Assembly: GCA_030141605.1 (NCBI GenBank)
Contig: JAQGDQ010000157.1
Location: forward strand, 323,266 to 387,265
Direction: 5' to 3'
DNA: 64,000 nt
From: Tubiluchus corallicola
Lineage: Eukaryota > Animalia > Priapulida
Positions 41,701-50,700 of this stretch are shown piece by piece (within the stretch, counting starts at the first letter, position 1; each line of letters begins with the position of its first letter). Under the pieces are notes generated by a model. It ran no database searches. It worked only from the letters and a program-made list of their open reading frames with translations, and had not been told where the DNA came from. The position numbers were made by a program, and so were the translations under genes.

Positions 41701-44700
41701 TATATAGGCTTGTTTTGTTTAATTCCTTGAGGACCATAAGCATTTGCTGCATTTTACATGATAATTTTTGTAGGTTTCTACTCCTCGCACAATGGATTTT
41801 CATGCAAAATTATATACAAAATGCATTTTTTACCTTAGACAAATTTAAAATCGATGTTTGATGAATAAATTGAAAGCTTTCAGTAACTGCAGTGTTTGCA
41901 CTGTAACAAAGTACAGTTTCACTTGTGTGAAATCGGCTATTGCAGAAAATTTCAATTATTCACACACAACACTCTGATATATTTTGGCCTCAAGTCTACT
42001 CTATATTTAAGGAGAAATTCCTGTTAAAAGATGAAATAATCTTAATTTGTCTTTGGCTGATCGGTTGGTTTTCTTGGAATAGCAGCAGAGTACTGCACAG
42101 TTTGGGCTGTAGCAAGCAGGCGATCAATAAATTAGTGTGTACGATCAGGCAAGCATGACTAAGCTGCTCAATAGGCAAAGTTGGAGTGCCTGTGTGTTTT
42201 TCTTAGTTTTGTCCAATTAAATCACTTAGAAATGTTTAAACAACTAGCACGATTGGATAGCCGATTGAGAACGGCATAGTATGAATAGAACAGTATGAAA
42301 TTTGTAATCATTTAGTTATGTCTGTGCTCATGCAGTAGCAGAAAAGTCATAGGTCTGATAAGACCTATTTTGAATGGAGCGGTCTTGAAGGAGTTAATAA
42401 CTAATTTTTTGTCAAGGGCTGCTAATAAAAAAGACATACATACTACATATTATATATATATAATTTCTCTACCTGGGCTCAGACATGTGCGCATGGCCTC
42501 ATACACACAACAGCCAAGCACCGCGTTGCTGGAGCACACTGTGCGGGGCTGTGAAGCAAACAGTTCTGTACAAGCACAAAGAAAGAACTAAAGAAAAAAG
42601 ACTTTATGTTGAATATTATTGATAATGGTGATTGAAAATTGGGGGTGCTGCAGTTCCACAGTAATTATGCACGAGCCTCCATTGCTGGTTTCTTATAATC
42701 ATGTTACTTGTGGGATTTGCATTGTACACAGTGTGTAGAGATGAACTCTCCCAACTTGGATGAGCACTCCCTGGATCATGACTGATAAGCATGCTACCTA
42801 AATCGCTGCTGGTGCTTTGGTGAAAAGCAACTAGTTTGTGTAGCAGTATGCTACAATCTGCTTCCCTGTATTTGCTTGTCATTTGCACGAACACAGTAAT
42901 TTTCCTTTCATTCTCCCATGTTGACTTTATCGGCTTTAGTTAATTTGTGAAAATAATGGAAAACACGCAGCCTTAATGTTTTAGCAACAGGTTGGTATTT
43001 TTAAAATAAGCAATAAATTGTGAATTTTGCTGTGTCACTGCCTTGGTAACAGATGTTGTTGGTGCAGTGCAGTCGTGCAAATTGAGAGACACGTATGTAT
43101 GCAGGACAGATATAAGAAAAAGATACTTTCGTACTTTGCTTTGACATTCTGTTTTATAGATTTCATTTATGAGATAGTTAGGACGGCATTACCTTGCTGG
43201 CTTTGCTATGGCAAATGGAGGAAACTTGTCAAGTGTTTCTCTTTATGAACCCTTAAAGAATGAATCTTACTACACCAACACGTATGACTATGTTGCTTAT
43301 TTTGCCTTTGTAACTTCGACAGCTGTGATTAGTTTATTGTTAAATGCCTTGCTGATTTTGTCCATTATGAGATTTCACAATCTGCAAAACAATGCTAATT
43401 GCATCCTGGCTTCGTTAAGCTTATGTCAGTTTATAGGAACCCTAGGCATGCTGCTTATTGAAGGAACAAAATTTGCGATATTGTTGAAGTCCTCTATGGT
43501 ATCTGTCAGCCTTGTGGTGACTGTTTGTGTGAGGAAGGCATTCTATGTGGCCATGGCACTAAATGCATTGGCTCATTTGTACTTAATGGGACTGGAACGG
43601 TATATTGCTGTTATGAAGTCTCTTCATTACCGGCGCATTGTGACTGATCGCAGACTGAAATATGGTTTACTCCTCACATGGACCGTGTCCTTATTGGAGT
43701 CAGTGTCGTACAACTTACCAGCTTGGTTGTCACAGTCATGGCTGTGTACCCAGGACACATTAGGAACGACCGTGGCGACATACCAGTCAGCATTTGCTGT
43801 GGTATTTGGAATCCTTCCGATTTCTGTTTTGTTGGTCTGGTACGTGAAAATATGGAAATAGGCAACAGCTCAAGTTAAACGCATTCACGGAATAAGTCGA
43901 GCATCTACCGGGAAGGAGATCATGGGAGAAAAAAGAGCGACAATTACGATCGGAATCATTTTGTTTATTTTGGTCACTTGTTGGGTTTCTGGATTTCTGA
44001 TGGCCATTGTTAATAAAGCATGCCAGTGCATTCCTGGCGATTACGAGATAACGTATGCATTGTTTCTGACCAGTTTTTGTTTAAATCCGCTTGTCTACGG
44101 CTTCAGAAGTGACGTCATACGCAAGGCATTCTGGTCTATTGTACGTTGTTCTAAGCCTCAGAGAGAATAAAGAACAATCAAGCCTAGTGTTATGAACTTT
44201 GCTGATTACTATCATATTTACTACATCATCTTATAGTGCTGCATATTTTTCTTGTTTAACTAGCGTATCTTATGATTTCCATGTGTGGATGAAACATTTT
44301 CCATAAGTTATTAGCTAGATACTCATGTTTGTGTCTGCTTGCAAAATACATTTTTGTAATCATGTTTGCTGAAGCACTGAGGTGATTTACATAATAATTG
44401 TTGTTTGTTAAGTTGATATATTATACTATATTAATAACAGAACTTACCTACAATGTTTGCAAGTTAATGTTTGCAAGTGAAACATCTAATAAGCCTTTTC
44501 ACAATTTCGTTGTGTGCACGCACAGTTGCTGTAGGTCAAATGTTAAGCATACCACAGCAACGCATCTTAACAACAACCGTCACATTGCATGTGGGTAAGG
44601 CAATGCTGTTTGTCGCATCAATTCAGTAACTTCAGTTCTTTTACGTGGACTTTACTTAATTATGCATTAGTCTGTGTGTAAAGTGTTTTAATAACAGGAT

Positions 44701-47700
44701 ATTGCTTGGAAACAGGAAAATTAACTACCTAAGGTTCTAGCTGGCTGTTAAAACTGTTACTATTACAATAGCATAGCATTGGTTGCAGGGTGTTGTTATG
44801 TGTACTCAAATGCGTTGTCTGGCACACGTAACCTTTAACCCTTTTGCGATCGTCATCAATTGCTGAAACTCTGAAAAGGTTTATTGTGCTTGTCATTATT
44901 CAACCTGCACCTAAACAGTGACGCTATAGTTTAACGTTATAGAACATTGGCAACGTATCAAAAATAGAGAAATTGTAGATAGTGTCTACCTCAAAAAATT
45001 CCACGTACTTATCCACATTTGCTGCATTACAACAGTTTTTCAGATCTGTGTAATTTGGCACTCTGCAAAAGGACATGTGGACCAGTAACCAAAATTAGTG
45101 GGAGTGCTGTTTCAGAAAATTTTTAGCCATGGTTTCAGTACTTTATAAAACAAAACAAACATGTTAAATTTTAAATTTGTAATTGTAATTTTAAACCAGC
45201 AAACATGCGAAAGTTTATACAAAATCTTGATAAAATCCTAAACAAAAAATATTTGTTGCATTACTAATAGCCTAAATTGTTGCAGTTCAAGCTTAATCCA
45301 TTCACGGTAAACACTTTACAACTGACAACAAACTGTGTGAGTAACAGTAATGTCACAATACTTTCTCTACCTCAGACATTGCGCATGGCTGCACTGTGGT
45401 GGGCTGTAAAGCAATTGTATTGCTTTGGTTCCGAACAAGCAAAGAACTAAAGAAAAAATACTTATATTGAATATTATCGATAATCGAGTGAAAATAGGGG
45501 GTGCTGCAGTTCTACCCGCATTGCTGGAGCGCACTGAGCGGGGCTGTGAAACAAACAGTACTGCTCTCACGTGCTCTGGTTCCATACAAGTATAAAGAAA
45601 GGACTAAAGAAAATGACTTATTATATTGAATGTTATCAATAATATCGAATGAAAATATGGGGTGCTGCAGTTCCACAGTACCTATACACGAGCCTCTACT
45701 GATGTGGACATTAAGTCATTCACACAGTACCAGCTAATGTTGATGGTTGTGGAAGGACTGAAACCTAGTTAATGATCAAGGATTGAGTGAAGATGCAGAA
45801 TGGCATGGCAGAAGGGATGACCCAGAAGTTCAGAATCGATTTGGATTGCAGTAATTCACGAGTTAACTAATCTAACTTACCCACTTAACCAACCACAAAA
45901 TGTGACCACTCTGTTAAATTTCTCACTAAGTGGTCACACATCTAAAAGGACTAAAACAAAACGAGGTCAAAAACAGAACCACACAGGACAGGTCTAAATT
46001 AAAAGGTGTGCCAAACTTCAAGTGTGCCACAATTTACATGACGCTGTTACAGGTGATATACATACCACAAAGACAATTTAAAGCAAAGCCAGACCCAATC
46101 TTAAACTCTAGGTCAAAAGAATCTACTCATTAAAATATTGAAAGGAAACATACTATTTTTTCAAAAATGACTTGTGTGAAAGAATTATTGCCACACAAAC
46201 ACAATTTCGCGTTCGCGCCACTAATTCTTCGCTGTTACATGCATTTTGCCATTCGCTAGTTAGATGGGCACTAGTGCCTGCATTTCAGAAATGCATTGCA
46301 CAAAAACAGATGCTGTACCTCTCAGTTCAGATGTGTTAGTTTGTGACGAACTACACACGTTCAATAACTCATGCGTGAGCACAGCAGTAAATTTGAATTT
46401 TATTCTTAAAACTTGCCGAGTTGCTTACAACACACTAAATATCTTACAGTAGCACTGAACTTCAATTTTCGCTTTCGCAAACACATGCAACATGCTCGTG
46501 GAATATTTTTGCTGTTGAAAATTATGTTAATTTTTGATGTCATCAATAGTTGGGCTCGCCCGCCATTAATTAAGTTTTTAATATATTATTTAACTATCAA
46601 AAATGCTTTTGCAGTATTATTGGTGTGATAACGTGTACTTTTTATCGGACTTGAAAATGAGGTAGTATATGAAAAATAATCCAGTTTTTATTTAATTTCT
46701 AGCTAACTCTCTTCAATATTCCTTGTGTTACAGACGTTTTTCCGCTTCACAAGATCTTCCACTTGTGGGACACACTTCTCCTCGGTGATTCCTCTTTACC
46801 ACTGTTTATCGGTGTTGCCATCCTGAAACAACTTAGAGATAGTCTGCTATCTTTCGGCTTCAACGAATGCATACTTCTTTTTTCTGATATGCCTGGTAGG
46901 TACTTTTGAAACAGTGAAAGATGAGCAAGAGCTAGTAAAATTATTTTATGTTCCAATTTTCATCTTTTAGATGAAGTTATTATGAATTTAATGTAATAAA
47001 TCATAAAATACTCTTATGCTATTACACTTTTACACCTCACAGTTCTTTCTAGGCTAGGGTTGCCAGACGTCCCTTATATAAAGGACATCCATATTTGATA
47101 ATTTTCTCCCCTGTCCCATAGTGACCTTTCGGGGACACACATATGTCCCGTATTTAGTTTATTTTAAAAGTTCGTAATGAGAATATATTTTTACTAGCTT
47201 TTTGTTGTTCTTAGTTGTAACTTTGTAAGTAATTATACTGTCTTTTCTTAGATTCTCTTGATGAAAATAATGCAAATGTAACGGGGTAACACGTGTTGCT
47301 AGAACTTTAAACAAAACCGACGTGTTTGCAAGGCTGTGCTTTTAACTTGCAGAAATTTGATCTTCGATTAACAAAAAACAGCACAGTTATTGAAGGATAA
47401 AGTCATCAAAGTTGAATGAAAATTTTTCCTTTCTGCTAATTCGCATGTGCTCATGTGGCTCCAGCTACGTACAGAAAGATTAAACGCCCGACATAAATAT
47501 ATCTAAATAGTTTTTTCAGCCACATATCTAATGACGAAACTAAACAGTTTAAACCTGCTTATAAAAATTCTGGCACTCTAAACTGTATTGCTTTACCATT
47601 AAATCAAGTGTCAAAATCTGGTGACATCCATAAAAAATAATACTTATACAGTAAGATTTCAAACAGACTTATAAGCTATTTTAAATAAAAAATAATAAAT

Positions 47701-50700
47701 TGTTTTCTTATCTAAATTTTAGTTTGTGGAAATACTACAAGTAACTTCTTGAAAAGAAATAAAGTAGTCAGCTCTCATTGTGCATTTTTTCCTGAAGTTA
47801 ATAACTTAATCTTTCAATTTTGCTGGATTATTCTCCAGAATTTGTACACCAAGCTGTTTTGAATTTCAATCCATTATGAAAATAGTTCCAAATGCTTGCA
47901 GGACAGTTAGTATATGCAGGGCCAGCGCTAGGAAGTGTGGGGCCCAATTACAATATTGTTATTGGGGCCCTCTACTGCAATATCCAAAGAGTGACGTTTT
48001 GTGCTTCGTGTAGTATGCCAGTCTCAGCCAAAAAGCGTTGAGGGCTTGCAGCTCCACATTAGCCACAATTAGCCGCAATTTACTAAAAAAAACTGAAAGC
48101 CCATATGGAAGTTTTAATGTTTAACAACAAGTCAAGATAATTACTGACATACTGTCTGCATGGGCCTTCTAGAAACAGACTTTTTTGGCTTTTTTGTCCG
48201 AGAAATCTTTCATAATCATTTCAAAGTCAATGGTTTTTTTAAAGTCAACTTCTATAGATAGCATCGCCAAATTATTTGGTCTCTCTTGTGAAATTGTTGA
48301 CGTTACGTACGTTTTAATCAGTTTTAGTTTTGATAAAACTGTTAACGTGTTATACAATCTCATTAACAGCACTCTTTCTGTTTTGGGGGTTGGAATATCG
48401 TTCACAAATTATTAACTTAAAATCCAATGACGATCTAACTAATGCATATAGCATAAATTGCAATGATAAACTGTCATTACAAAACAAATAAACAAACAAT
48501 CAGCAAAAAACATTGAAACATAGATACGAGGACAGATCGAATAGTTTCACTGCCATCACTGTATCGACAAATTTCGTGCACTCTACACACCCATAGCGTC
48601 ATTAATTCATCATAGCCATGTGTGTGGGGCCCCCTCTTGGCATGGGGCTCAATTTGAACAAATTTGTTTAATTGGCTTAGAACCGGCTCTGAGTATAAGG
48701 CCGTTCCATAACTTCCATTCCTACTGTTTTTTCGTTTCATGTTTGCAGACATTGACATTGCTAAATGTGTTCAGGACTCTATCAGTTATTTTCGCAGTAC
48801 TCCGAAAAGTGCAACATTTAGAACTCATGCAAAGGCTAGAACAGCAAAAAAAGACAATGGTAAAACTGAGTTGGTAAGTTTCGTAGATTAAAACTAAAAG
48901 GACTTTAACATAAAATGTTTTTTATAGATATGGTAATATATATCATGTACTAAATGACTGTAAAAAATTAGTAAAGAACTTTTTCTTGTAATCAGTAACT
49001 TTTTTTTAGATAATATCAATGATTTATCTCATTGCATTCATATCATGTGATGTGTATCAGTTCTCCAGTTACACCATCTGCCTTCTACCGCCTAACGAAT
49101 TCCTCTTTTACTACAATCCACAATGAAGTGTGATAATCAATATTCGAAATGTTCCATTGAGGTCTTATTGAAGTCTATGAGTCAAATGCTTATGAGCCCA
49201 ATATGAGATCATTATGACTTCATGCTTGTGAACTCATGAGTATCCTATGTCATCAGTGCACTTCATCATTTTCCTGACCTCATGCTTATTTATTAGTCAA
49301 ATATGAGTATTTTATGACTGCATGTTGAGACCATGTCTTGACTGGGTAAGTCACTGTGTTTCATCATCTCCAGAGTTACACGTCCTCTGACATGACACTT
49401 GCAATCACTTTAGTCCACATTGCCCTCCCATGTCTCTGTACTTTTAATATCTAATGGTGTGTTGATAAGATCTTTTTGGATGAAATTGATGTAAGTTAGC
49501 AGCTCCTCCTTGTGGTTTGTTTTCTTTCTGCAGTGTTACCTTGAAAGCTAATTTTAATGGGCTGTTGTCTCGTGGTCGTATAGTGTGTCCTATCCATCTT
49601 AATCTTCTCCTTTTAATTTTAACTGTCCATTCCTCTGTATTGACTTTATTATACAGATCCTGGTTTGATATATTAAACAGAAGTGGTGCAGACAAATCAC
49701 TGACTTCAATTTTTTTTTATAAATTTGTAGTCTACGGTCTTTATGCTGGTCATATTATGGCTGTGCATCTCGTTACCTGCAATTTTGTCATTGTGTTTAA
49801 GATTGAATGATTTCGTAACAATAACAGGATTCTTTGCACCATTATTTTATCATTATTTTTTTTTGTGCAGAAAATGGAAGCAATTCCTCTAAGTATGTTG
49901 AAATCTGAGCGATCTCCACGTATCTCGGCTGAGGATTTGCTTGAACTTTGCGCATTGTCTCCCACTGCATCGCAGACGTATAACATACAGAGAGGTCAAG
50001 CTCATACCAAAGTCTTATTGGTTGATGTCAGAAACACGGAAGAGTATCCTGATGAATTTTTTCGATTGGATAATCAAATATTTTTGAGAGAAGATTTAAA
50101 GTGTTGTTAAAGTACTAAGAAAATAAATTGTGTGCTTGCAAACCAAAACGTCCATAAGTCTGCAATTAAGCATTTCTAGTTAAAGTCAAGCCTCGTTATG
50201 ACCCCCCTTTGTAATGCCAACCTTGCTTTTTTGGTTATTTTTGGCAAAACAAAATGTCCATATTTGCCTAGACATGTATTTATGCACCTTGTTATAATGC
50301 CAAGCTCGTTTAATGCCAACTTTACTGGAGTCCCAAAGTGGGTGGCATAAAACGGTTTGTCTGTATTCGCATATCCTGGATCTCTATTTCCTGAGGACCA
50401 TTTTGATCAAGTTCATCGCTCTGTGTTATTTCTGAGCTGAGATAATCCACATTGAAGTGGACAGGCTGCACACTGAAAACGTAACTTTGAGAAAATCGCT
50501 ATTAATGTTTTGCCATCTTTTTTGACATGTTTCTGCAAAAACACTTAGCAACCATACAAAAGGTTGGTTGCTATAGACTTTGTAGAAACCCACTGAAGTT
50601 ACGTTTAAATCCAGTAGATACCTTTTCCATACTAAAAGAAAGTTTATTCTTGAAAACATAGTACATGTTTTTACTAGTTATTATAATTTATTAACCCAGT

